Virus record (IMG/VR): IMGVR_UViG_3300038808_000034
Coordinates: 1-26,274 of that record
Reading direction: 5' to 3' (one strand)
Length of the DNA: 26,274 nucleotides
DNA from: a virus
Lineage: Duplodnaviria; Caudoviricetes
Positions within the stretch are counted from its first letter, which is position 1, and the number at the start of each line of letters is the position of its first letter. The notes under the pieces are model-generated. The model saw only the letters and a list, made by a program, of their open reading frames with translations, was not told where the DNA came from and did no database searches. The position numbers and the translations under genes were made by a program. Of the stretch, positions 16,976 through 24,456 are shown piece by piece.

Positions 16976-17746
16976 TTGAATATCGCGTCTCCTATAGAGT
17001 TCACTCACACTGTTGTGATTAAGTGGGACTGGCCAACTGAATTTGTTCAATTGCATCTTGGCAAAAAGAGGTACAGGAAGGGTGAGTTCATTGAGACGTG
17101 CGAGCGCTGGCCTGATCTTCCCTATGACTTGGTGTACGCGGCGCGCGTTGAAGAGCATAAGATCGCTGATAAACAGCACTACCTGCGATTGATTTATGAG
17201 AGAGAAAATAATGATGACGCTGGAGTAATTAACAAGGCGTGGGGATACTCGGAGTTGAAGATTGACCTTGAGGCGGGAACGGTCATTGCACAATGGATTA
17301 ATGATGCTCCGTATGAGTATTACAGCGGGTTAGGTGAAGCGGCACTGGTTTCTGAAGCGCTACTCGCAGACATTGAATACGAGTGTATCCGAAGGATCAA
17401 ACGCCAGCAAGCGAAGTTTAGAAATCAATTGTTGAAGCGCTATAAGAAATGCGTTCTTACTGGGGAATCTTGCCCGGAACTGCTAGATGCTGCTCATATT
17501 ATTGATATGCAGGATGGTGGTGCTAATGGGATGATGAATGGTATCCTGTTGAGAACCGATCTTCATAGACTCTTCGATCGGCGTCTTTTGATTATTCGGG
17601 AGGACGGATCCGTAAATATATTGCCTCAAGCAAAGGTCTTAGGAGAATATCGAGATTATGTTGAGTCGCTAAATGTTAAGCCAGACGTTCTCAAGGGCAT
17701 AAAATCCAAACTGCATATTCGAAATTCGAAAAAATTTAGTAAATAA
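16976..17746 (+). CDS. HNH endonuclease (HNH_2-type) with uncharacterised beta-rich N-terminal domain
   Basis: QAKFRNQLL..CVLTG..LDAAHI..NGILLRTDLHRLFD; AT-rich; TTG start after GAGG. Confidence 0.85.
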   Translation: MNIASPIEFTHTVVIKWDWPTEFVQLHLGKKRYRKGEFIETCERWPDLPYDLVYAARVEEHKIADKQHYLRLIYERENNDDAGVINKAWGYSELKIDLEAGTVIAQWINDAPYEYYSGLGEAALVSEALLADIEYECIRRIKRQQAKFRNQLLKRYKKCVLTGESCPELLDAAHIIDMQDGGANGMMNGILLRTDLHRLFDRRLLIIREDGSVNILPQAKVLGEYRDYVESLNVKPDVLKGIKSKLHIRNSKKFSK

Positions 17747-17838
17747 TTTTTATGTTGATAAAGTGGTTGAGTTACCCAATATACAAATTACTCAATTTGC
17801 ATGCTTGACTTGCTCCGATAAGTCTTTCGGGATTCGGC

Positions 17839-18123
17839 TTCGCAAAGCGCCGCTGCGCCTTGGTCTTGACCAGCTTTGCACTGTCTCTCATGGCCTGCGC
17901 GAGCAATCCGCAGATGACTCCCGCCGACTTGCCAGCGCTCCCTTCGCCGCCGTCCTTGTGTACGCCACTGCCCTCGGGCTCGTATTTGAAGACTGTCGTG
18001 CAGTATGGAGCCATGGCTGCAAAGTCGGCAGGGCACGCAGCTGATGTCCAGACCTTACCGGACGCTTGGCCCCTGATTAACACCCCAAGCCTACCTGCCA
18101 GAGGCACTCCCTCAAAAGACTGA
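17839..18123 (+). pseudogene. Decayed Rz/Rz1 pair with a frameshift near 18000
   Basis: One frame reads GLREQSADDSRRLASAPFAAVLVYATALGLVFEDC (Rz-like); the +1 frame reads LMAC-ASNPQMTPADLPALPSPP (Rz1-like) and runs into GHAADVQTLPDAWPLINTPSLPA (Rz C-terminus). Confidence 0.8.
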
Positions 18124-18276
18124 TATACCCTCCACCAGCGCCAAGTATTTGGCGCGCGCGTACTTGCTGACCGATTTTTTGGATTAAGTAGTATTTAAAT
18201 TTCGGTGCTTGGTATTTTGGGTAATTTAATTGTGATAGGTGTGCCTGGGTGTGAATTCATAGAAAATATACTATGC

Positions 18277-19116
18277 TCATCTATTTTGCTGCGGTTTAGT
18301 TTCTTTATGTAGTTTGCTTTTTTTTGTTAAATCTCTCTCAAATGCTATCTCCAACTTTTCTATGTGAAGCAAAAGATGCGAAAAAGACTCTAATAAATCT
18401 TTGCCTTCATTAAATAGCCGTAACTTTGATTCGTCTGCGGATTTTATTTCAACTAACTGCACGTTGGAATGCGCTGCTTGAGAATTCCTTTTTTTGTTTG
18501 TTATATCCATGTGGTCATTTGCGCATAATTCAAATTCTCTACAAAGACCATAAGGATGAGCAAGCGTTCCAATTAGCGAAATTTTATGCTGCTCCAGGTT
18601 GGCATCTTTTTTGCAGCTCTTGCAGTTTGAAGATAATAGTCCGCCAAGCGCCATGCGTTTATAAAATGATTCTGGTATGGCTGTGCAATATAACAGTTGC
18701 TTTATTGAAACTTCACATAATCTGGCGGCATACATTAACAATTCATTATATATTCGAATTCGCTCAATTTCAGCATCTAATTGATTGTGACTTGGTGAAT
18801 CGCCTGTTGCGTAATCGTAGAAACCGTTGACACACCGTGCAAAAATTAAGCAAAGAGTTGTTCCGCTAGCCGAGTATGGGTTTGTGTATCCGTATCGCAG
18901 GCTCGCTTTCTCCTTGGTAACTACTGATAGTTCGCCAATCTGCATTAGCCAAGCACGCATTTCTTTTGCAATGCAAATGAAATTAATTCCGTCAATAATT
19001 TCATTGTCCCAACGAAACGCCTGTTTCCTATATTCCCACTCGTGGTGAGAACCATTCCATTTATTGTGCTCGTTTGCCGCTGGTGACGTCGAGGGAGAAG
19101 GAGGGGTGTACATCAT
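18277..19116 (-). CDS. AT-rich protein with HEPN-like RxxxxxH motif and Cys cluster; candidate defence RNase
   Basis: LCEVSIKQL helix, CKSC, CREFELC, RNSQAAH at 18469..18489. Confidence 0.6.
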   Translation of the reverse strand: MMYTPPSPSTSPAANEHNKWNGSHHEWEYRKQAFRWDNEIIDGINFICIAKEMRAWLMQIGELSVVTKEKASLRYGYTNPYSASGTTLCLIFARCVNGFYDYATGDSPSHNQLDAEIERIRIYNELLMYAARLCEVSIKQLLYCTAIPESFYKRMALGGLLSSNCKSCKKDANLEQHKISLIGTLAHPYGLCREFELCANDHMDITNKKRNSQAAHSNVQLVEIKSADESKLRLFNEGKDLLESFSHLLLHIEKLEIAFERDLTKKSKLHKETKPQQNR

Positions 19117-19131
19117 GAGTCTATTCTGCCG

Positions 19132-19338
19132 TCAGTCCTCTGGACAGCGCTCCATAGCCCAACCGAGCGCTGCATCGGCGTCAGCGTGCGGCCCATCGAA
19201 TGCGCGGATGCCGCGCTCATCGTCCCAGAGCGCCCCTGTCCAGCGCCTGGCTGCTGGAAAGGGCAGGTGGCCGTAGTCCACGACACAGGCGTACCAGCCT
19301 GGCGCCGTGGGCTGGCCACCCCACATGAGCGAGTCCAT
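19132..19338 (-). CDS. Small hypothetical phage protein
   Basis: MDSLMWGGQPTAPGWY..; tightly packed in the leftward operon. Confidence 0.6.
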   Translation of the reverse strand: MDSLMWGGQPTAPGWYACVVDYGHLPFPAARRWTGALWDDERGIRAFDGPHADADAALGWAMERCPED

Positions 19339-19343
19339 GTGGC

Positions 19344-19592
19344 TCAGCCAGCGGGCTGCTCCAGTTGCACGGCTCCACGACCACACCAGTGCCAGAAATG
19401 ATTGCGGCCGTGCGAATAGCGCTGCAGTTCAAAAGTGATGCGCACTCGGCCTGCAAGCAGGGTGTCAATCTCACTGGTTATGTACTGCGGCTGCCCACGC
19501 TCGGGAGGGGGCAGCAGGCGCTGAGCTGCCGACATCTCTTCGCCGCGCACTTTTGCGATCACGCCGCGTTCGATCTGGTGTTGGTTTTGCAT
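19344..19592 (-). CDS. Small hypothetical phage protein
   Basis: MQNQHQIERG..RVRITFELQRYSHGRNHFWHW; operon spacing. Confidence 0.65.
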   Translation of the reverse strand: MQNQHQIERGVIAKVRGEEMSAAQRLLPPPERGQPQYITSEIDTLLAGRVRITFELQRYSHGRNHFWHWCGRGAVQLEQPAG

Positions 19593-19600
19593 GGTGAGCT

Positions 19601-19807
19601 TCAGAAAGGGGCCGGCGACCGGTCCACGGAGACCGGGCCGCAGCCGCTGTACACACGGTCGTCTCCCGGGCCCCAGACGACGAACCAATCGTTGTGGATT
19701 TGCTCGATGCGATAGTCCTCAGGCAGCCCTGGAAGCACCTGCTGTGTTGGCCAATCCAGCCATTTCGGGTAGGTGAGCAGCGTCGGAAATTCTTCGTACT
19801 TGAGCAT
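19601..19807 (-). CDS. Small hypothetical phage protein
   Basis: GGAG SD before MLKYEEF; alternative start at 19819 overlaps the upstream stop (TGATG). Confidence 0.65.
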   Translation of the reverse strand: MLKYEEFPTLLTYPKWLDWPTQQVLPGLPEDYRIEQIHNDWFVVWGPGDDRVYSGCGPVSVDRSPAPF

Positions 19808-19818
19808 GACGAACTCCA

Positions 19819-20097
19819 TCAGTAGTCGAACTCGCAGGACCACTCCTGCGCGTGCCATGCGCGGTCACAGTGCTCCAACCCGCTGAACTTCATCTTGCCC
19901 GCGCACGCGTAGATCAGCCGCGGCTCGAACAGTTGGTTCTTGCCGTCGTCTCCGAGGATGCGCAGCACGGGAACGGTCCGCTTCTCGCCAGGCACGGGTG
20001 CGTGCAGCAGGTCCAGCTCGCCCTTGACGTACTGCAGCGGGCCACGGTGGTAGCTGCGTGCGCCTGCCTCGCGGAGGATGGTGACTTTGACTTTCAT
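19819..20097 (-). CDS. SOS-box-controlled hypothetical protein (92 aa)
   Basis: ATG 2 nt from the LexA box; MKVKVTILREAG..LFEPRL..MKFSGLE..AQEW. Confidence 0.75.
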   Translation of the reverse strand: MKVKVTILREAGARSYHRGPLQYVKGELDLLHAPVPGEKRTVPVLRILGDDGKNQLFEPRLIYACAGKMKFSGLEHCDRAWHAQEWSCEFDY

Positions 20098-20099
20098 GA

Positions 20100-20115
20100 C
20101 TGTATAAATATACAG
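20100..20115. promoter_or_regulatory. LexA (SOS) box
   Basis: CTGT-ATAAATAT-ACAG, matches the CTGT-N8-ACAG consensus, intergenic. Confidence 0.92.
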
Positions 20116-20144
20116 TAATACTATGCGTAAGTCAGCGTGCACTT

Positions 20145-20636
20145 CTACAAAGTGTTCCCCTCGTGCATCGATCGCTTCGCTTCGACGTAAGCTGCGTGAG
20201 CCTCTTCCGGGGTGTCGTACAGGCCGAGGTGATGCGTCTTGCCATGCACATGGAGAAAAGCTCGCCACCTGTTTTGGTGAGGGGAGACGCCGAGCAGTCC
20301 AGACTTGTTGCCCGCCTTGGCTGAGCGAAGGTTTTGAGTGTTGCGAAAGCGATCCGCCAAACGAAGGTTGGCGATCCTGTTGTCATCCCGGGCTCCATTG
20401 ATGTGGTCGACTTGATCGGGCGGCCAAGCCCCATGAACGTAGAGCCATGCCAAGCGATGGGCGTAGTACAGCTTGAAGTTGATGCGGATTGCGATGTAGC
20501 CGCTTCGCATCTTTGCCCCCACCTGTGTCCCGGCCTGGTAGCGCCCCATGCGAACAAGGCGCTCAAATTGGCCAGTATCTGGGGCGTACTTCAGCAAAGA
20601 TCGCAATTGGATGTCAGTGAGAGCTTCGCTTGTCAT
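20145..20636 (-). CDS. HNH-AP2 homing endonuclease
   Basis: AHRLAW..VDHING..DNRIANLR (HNH_3) plus SG..GVS..WRA..HLGLYDTPEEAHAAY (AP2). Confidence 0.92.
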   Translation of the reverse strand: MTSEALTDIQLRSLLKYAPDTGQFERLVRMGRYQAGTQVGAKMRSGYIAIRINFKLYYAHRLAWLYVHGAWPPDQVDHINGARDDNRIANLRLADRFRNTQNLRSAKAGNKSGLLGVSPHQNRWRAFLHVHGKTHHLGLYDTPEEAHAAYVEAKRSMHEGNTL

Positions 20637-20709
20637 GGTCAGATGTCAGAGATGTAGAGAGTGAGTATGGGAAGGGCAGTAGTTTGGGTCATCACAAACG
20701 GAGGCCGCT

Positions 20710-21408
20710 ATCTGTAATCGCTACAACACCCCACGAGAAACCGAGATCGAGCGCATGTGGCGCGTGGGATCGCAGAACCCACCACGCTGGTGGAAGCCGC
20801 ACGTCACGCCGCTGGCCCTAGGGCCATACATCAAGCCAGGCGGCGAGATTGAGGTAGGGCAGTGGGGCATGATCCCGCGCAGCTCGAAGACGCGGCGGCC
20901 CATGACGGCCGATGGCAAGCCGATGAGCACGAACAACGCTCGGCGCGAGACGCTGGTCAAGTCTTGGACGTTCGCACCGGCTTGGCGCGCGGGCCAGCGC
21001 TGCCTGATTCCGGTGGAAAGCTGGGTGGAGCCATACTGGGGTCTCGGGTCGCGCAATGTGTGGTGGTCGTTCCGGCGGGCTGATGGCGAGCCTGCGGCCC
21101 TGGCAGGCCTGTATTCGGAGTGGGTAGATCCGGCGACTAGCGAGGTCGTGCCGAACTACACGATGATCACCCAGCCGGCCGACGGCCACCCGGTACTCTC
21201 GTTGATGCATCGGCCGGGAAAAGAAAAGCGTGCTGTTGTGATGCTGGAGCCCAGCGACTGGGATGCCTGGCTGCACGGCACGGCCGCGCAGGCGGGTGCA
21301 CTGATCAAGCTGCCGCCGCTGGGCGTTCTGAGATCCGGCGCGGAGAAGCAGGAGGAAGAGGCTCTCCTGCCGGCCGAGCAGCTGCAGGCGCTGCGTGCGG
21401 AAATCTGA
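20710..21408 (+). CDS. SRAP (SOS response-associated peptidase, YedK/HMCES family) with ATC in place of ATG
   Basis: GGAGG SD, then ATC-TGT-AAT-CGC-TAC = (M)CNRY in frame with WGMIP, NNARRE, RCLIP, AGLY, MH. Confidence 0.85.
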   Translation: MCNRYNTPRETEIERMWRVGSQNPPRWWKPHVTPLALGPYIKPGGEIEVGQWGMIPRSSKTRRPMTADGKPMSTNNARRETLVKSWTFAPAWRAGQRCLIPVESWVEPYWGLGSRNVWWSFRRADGEPAALAGLYSEWVDPATSEVVPNYTMITQPADGHPVLSLMHRPGKEKRAVVMLEPSDWDAWLHGTAAQAGALIKLPPLGVLRSGAEKQEEEALLPAEQLQALRAEI

Positions 21409-21468
21409 AGCGATCCGAAGTCTCACCAAAAAGACAACCCACGACGGGGCCTTTTGGGTGTCCAGTTC

Positions 21469-21491
21469 GGCGTAGGTTTTGGCGTAGGTTT
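21469..21491 (+). repeat. Tandem GGCGTAGGTTT x2, probable integrase arm-type sites
   Basis: Two exact 11-mers with a 12-bp period, about 25 bp inside the att junction. Confidence 0.65.
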
Positions 21492-21515
21492 CCGGGAATT
21501 CTCGCTGTTTCCAGA

Positions 21516-21549
21516 GGAGGCTTACGTTCTGCCATTGAACGACGCCCGC
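21516..21549 (-). pseudogene. 5' half of a tRNA (Gly-like), prophage att junction
   Basis: GCGGGCG TC GTTC AATGGCA GAAC G TAAGC CTCC: acceptor 5' strand, D arm and anticodon 5' strand, broken in the anticodon loop. Confidence 0.75.
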
Positions 21550-21567
21550 CTCTTCTGGTGGATCAGC

Positions 21568-21596
21568 ATCTTACGCGATGCCGGCATTTGACCCAA
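21568..21596 (-). promoter_or_regulatory. Sigma70-like promoter of the tRNA fragment
   Basis: TTGGGT-N17-TAAGAT, 18 nt upstream of the fragment. Confidence 0.5.
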
Positions 21597-21760
21597 TGCG
21601 GAGCGCTCCGCATCTTCAACATCCTGTCCTTCATGCCGCACTGGCACAAGCCTCTGCTTGGTCGCCTGAACCTTGGCGCCGCTGGCACTTCGCTGTGCGC
21701 ACCCGATGTATGCCCGCCTTGCATCTCTGCAAAGCGGGCCAAAGCCGCAAGCGGACCCCG

Positions 21761-21897
21761 AAAAAAAGAAGCCCGCCAGCGGTGCTGCGAGCTTGTGAAT
21801 GCCTGCGACGTGCAGGCACGGGGAAGAAAAAGTCCGGTGCCCCTTTCAGGGCATGCCTATGAATTCCAGGAGGAGAACCATGAGTCAACCATAGGCC
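21761..21897 (-). ncRNA. sRNA-like element 1 (stem-loop with TTCTCCTCC, U-rich linker, terminator)
   Basis: GCCTATG/CATAGGC stem, anti-SD loop, TTTTTCTTCC, terminator with U7; architecture repeated at 22393..22505. Confidence 0.5.
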
Positions 21898-21914
21898 CGG
21901 CTGTTAACCGCATT

Positions 21915-22013
21915 TCAGCTCGTGACGGGGAACATCGGCCCTGCCAGCGTGGAGATGTACAGCGAGATGAGGGTCACGACGGACCAGAAAAATGTGAGAA
22001 AGATATGTCGCAT
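21915..22013 (-). CDS. 32-aa hydrophobic peptide MRHIFLTFFWSVVTLISLYISTLAGPMFPVTS
   Basis: AAGGAG SD, single TM helix; below the size of ORFs in the track. Confidence 0.55.
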   Translation of the reverse strand: MRHIFLTFFWSVVTLISLYISTLAGPMFPVTS

Positions 22014-22029
22014 CACAATCTCCTTCAAG

Positions 22030-22218
22030 TCATTGAACAAGTGCGCGAACCGCCCGAATGCAAGCCTTCGCAAAACGTCGGAAGGGGCTGCGAGGTCTGG
22101 TGCTGCGCAACTGAATGAGCTGGTAGCTGCCCCTTACCGGAAAGGCATCCAGGAGACTCCGGTGGTAGCGGGCATCAGGGTCCGGATTGAAAGACTCACT
22201 CGGTACGACTTGACTCAT
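22030..22218 (-). CDS. Small hypothetical protein (62 aa)
   Basis: GGAG SD before MSQVVPS; basic amphipathic C-terminus. Confidence 0.45.
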   Translation of the reverse strand: MSQVVPSESFNPDPDARYHRSLLDAFPVRGSYQLIQLRSTRPRSPFRRFAKACIRAVRALVQ

Positions 22219-22392
22219 GCTTATCTCCATCAGCAGGGCATTGCGGGTCTCGGGACAGACGCTATTTCAACTGCTTGTGAGGCTTCCCTGTGCGAGCCAA
22301 GTCAGGGTGCTCATGTAGGTCGAGCATGCCCCGTATGTATGAGTTCTTTCGACACGGTGTCCGCTTGGAGCTGCGGCCGTTGAAGGGGCAAC

Positions 22393-22505
22393 GAAAAGGG
22401 CCCGCAAGCGGCGAAGCTGCGGGCCCTGGAAGAAAAATGCCGATGCCGTGGTGGCGTGCCTGGGGAAGGGATTTGAGAGGGAGGGAGGAGAAAGCTCCCA
22501 GGCTC
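22393..22505 (-). ncRNA. sRNA-like element 2 with CU-rich anti-SD loop
   Basis: GCCTGGG/CCCAGGC stem enclosing TTTCTCCTCCCTCCCTCTC, then TTTTTCTTCC and an AGGGCCCGCA/TGCGGGCCCT terminator; CATACT upstream. Confidence 0.6.
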
Positions 22506-22552
22506 GGCGGAATCCGTTGCTGGCCAGTATGCAGACCTTTTCTGAAGGAAAG

Positions 22553-22569
22553 CTTTACGTCGTGTAAAG
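22553..22569. promoter_or_regulatory. Palindrome CTTTAC-N5-GTAAAG, possible TF site upstream of sRNA-like element 2
   Basis: Perfect 6-bp inverted repeat in intergenic DNA. Confidence 0.35.
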
Positions 22570-22917
22570 AAGTTGCAGGTCTGCTGTGTGATGCAGTTGG
22601 GTCGTGGCTTGACGGCGGCCGTGTTCGCGCCTGCTCCGCGCGTAGGATGTTCAGAACGCGGCCAAGATCCCCTCCAGTCGTCGCGGCGTCAGGCCGCTGA
22701 TTGCCGCCATTCTATGCAGGACCTGGCTGCACCCTTCTTTAGGGTGTCCAGCGCGGGTCTCGTCATTTAAGGGGCGGCTGGTACGCCCTGGGAGGAACTA
22801 CTTTCACACCCTGGAGTGATGCTGACCAGTGAGCCGCTGAGGTCACCACGAGCTGCCTACAATGGGCCTGGCCCTAGATATTTCCCAGAAGATCACGCAC
22901 TGCCAGCCGCCCCACAT

Positions 22918-23217
22918 ATGAGCCGTCCAACTCCAGCACCGCACCTGCGAGACCCAAACTTGAACAATCCGCTGAGCTTCGAAGAGGCTTGGCATCAGGC
23001 CCATACGCAGCCCGAGCGGATCTACCATACCGCGAGAGGGTCAGCTTTTCGCGTGCGTGCCGCCTTGGCCGGCAGAGGGCCGCGCAAAGGCCAACGGGTT
23101 CTGCGGTTCATGCGCCCGTCTGGCGAGAGTAGCCGGGCATATCAAGAATGCTGGGGCTGCGTCTCCAACGTGAACCGCACCTATATCGACGTCTACACGC
23201 AGGCAATGCACCCGTAG
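22918..23217 (+). CDS. Hypothetical protein (~99 aa)
   Basis: Protein-like composition, followed by a terminator; start uncertain. Confidence 0.6.
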   Translation: MSRPTPAPHLRDPNLNNPLSFEEAWHQAHTQPERIYHTARGSAFRVRAALAGRGPRKGQRVLRFMRPSGESSRAYQECWGCVSNVNRTYIDVYTQAMHP

Positions 23218-23240
23218 TCGCAGGTCACCGCTCGTTCCTC

Positions 23241-23269
23241 AAGCCCGCCCCGCGCGGGCTTCGTCTTTT
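23241..23269 (+). terminator. Intrinsic terminator
   Basis: AAGCCCGC-CCCGC-GCGGGCTT followed by CGTCTTTT. Confidence 0.6.
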
Positions 23270-23304
23270 CAGGGCGCTGGTGCCACGAGCCAGCAACTGT
23301 GACA

Positions 23305-23499
23305 ATGCCCCGCATGCACGAATGCGTCTTCACTCACAACGGCGTTGAGTTCAGCGCAGACTACGAGGCCTGTGGCGACGTGCTTCTGGTCTTCTTGCCG
23401 GACGACTCTGCCAGGGAATCGCCGTTGAGAGGTCGTGACCCGCACGCTGTAGCTCTGGATCACCTCATGTTCTACGTGGACACGCTGGGGACGAGGTAA
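23305..23499 (+). CDS. Small hypothetical protein
   Basis: Compact alpha/beta-like sequence with normal codon usage. Confidence 0.5.
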   Translation: MPRMHECVFTHNGVEFSADYEACGDVLLVFLPDDSARESPLRGRDPHAVALDHLMFYVDTLGTR

Positions 23500-23515
23500 A
23501 GCGCTGGGTCTCTGC

Positions 23516-23647
23516 CTATCCGTTGATCAGCAGCGTCAGCACACCCAGCACCACAGCCAGCCGAACGATGGCCAGCGCGGCCAAGCCAACGGTCACGGCT
23601 GGGCTGTTGTCGTCGTCTTCGTCCCGCTCCCTGTCTCGGCCTTCCAT
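23516..23647 (-). CDS. 43-aa membrane peptide (acidic N-terminus plus TM)
   Basis: GGAGGA SD; MEGRDRERDEDDDNSPAVTVGLAALAIVRLAVVLGVLTLLING. Confidence 0.55.
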   Translation of the reverse strand: MEGRDRERDEDDDNSPAVTVGLAALAIVRLAVVLGVLTLLING

Positions 23648-23742
23648 CGTTCCTCCGGTGCACGGCCATTGGGTGATCCTATGCACCAGCATGGGGCCGC
23701 CGCATTGGGATCATTCCTGTGGCGAGGGAGAGAGCGACACAC

Positions 23743-23770
23743 GAAAAAGGCCCGTTGTACGGGCCTATTC
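23743..23770 (-). terminator. Intrinsic terminator
   Basis: AAAAAGGCCCGT-TGT-ACGGGCCT directly after the stop of 23772..24077. Confidence 0.7.
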
Positions 23771-23771
23771 G

Positions 23772-24077
23772 TCAGTAGTCGCCAGGCTTCGTCCCTGGCT
23801 TGCCTGTGTGCGGATTCACGTTCCCCTGCGTGGTCCAGTTATTGTTCTTTGTGTCGTCTCGATTGGTGGCGTGGTGGGGGGCGACATAGGTGCCATCTTT
23901 GCGGGTGTAGCCCTGAACAGAGTGGCTGCTTGACGAGCCACCGCTGTGCGAACCGGAGTAGCTGTGGGAACTGCTGCTTCCCCGGCTCGAAGACCCTCCG
24001 CTGTGGCCACCTCCGCCTTTGGCCTGCGCCAATGTGCATGCCGAAATTGCCGCTATCAGGATCACTGTTTTCTTCAT
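23772..24077 (-). CDS. Small secreted protein with Gly/Ser linker and VxGYxRKDGTYV..GNxNPxTG motif
   Basis: Signal peptide ending AQA; widespread uncharacterised motif. Confidence 0.8.
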   Translation of the reverse strand: MKKTVILIAAISACTLAQAKGGGGHSGGSSSRGSSSSHSYSGSHSGGSSSSHSVQGYTRKDGTYVAPHHATNRDDTKNNNWTTQGNVNPHTGKPGTKPGDY

Positions 24078-24456
24078 TCTGACTTCCTTTAAACGTTCGG
24101 GTAGACGCACCGGTATGGGGCGTCTGTGACATTCTGCTACAGGTGTCGGATGAGAGCTGTTGGCCTTTTACGATGCGGGAATGGCCATGTCGACAGACGG
24201 TGTCAGCTGCTGCTGAGCGCCTGCGCTGAGCATCAGTTACACCAGCGCGATTCCAGAGAGTTCGAGTGCTTTGGTCGTGGGGTAGCTCTATGTGCCCTCT
24301 GAGCGCTACTGGGGCGGTGGTTGCCGACATGTGCGATCGCCAGCGCTCCAGAGGGGGTTCGGACAACCCCTAACTCGGCGCTTGATTTTGGGGCGTGCCT
24401 GTGGGGTACAACAGGTTCAGCGCATTTTTTCGCACAGTTTTACCCGGGGTGTCGCC

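Larger units (their letters stand above)
1..21516. mobile_element. Prophage, late/right arm (left end outside window)
   Basis: Giant virion-type protein, complete lysis cassette, SRAP/SOS genes; ends at a tRNA 5' fragment preceded by tandem arm-type repeats. Confidence 0.9.

Noticed and set aside
20098-20268. N-terminal extension of ORF 19819..20268
   Set aside because: It runs through the LexA box and overlaps the HNH-AP2 gene; the real start is likely 20097
20755-20757. ATG start for SRAP
   Set aside because: It would omit the conserved CNRY N-terminus; the SD lies before 20710
21480-21549. Complete tRNA gene
   Set aside because: No 3' anticodon strand, T arm (GTTCGA) or acceptor 3' strand follows
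21558-22383. Plus-strand ORFs 21558..22118 and 21922..22383
   Set aside because: They cross terminators and RNA structures; the minus-strand small ORFs have better SDs
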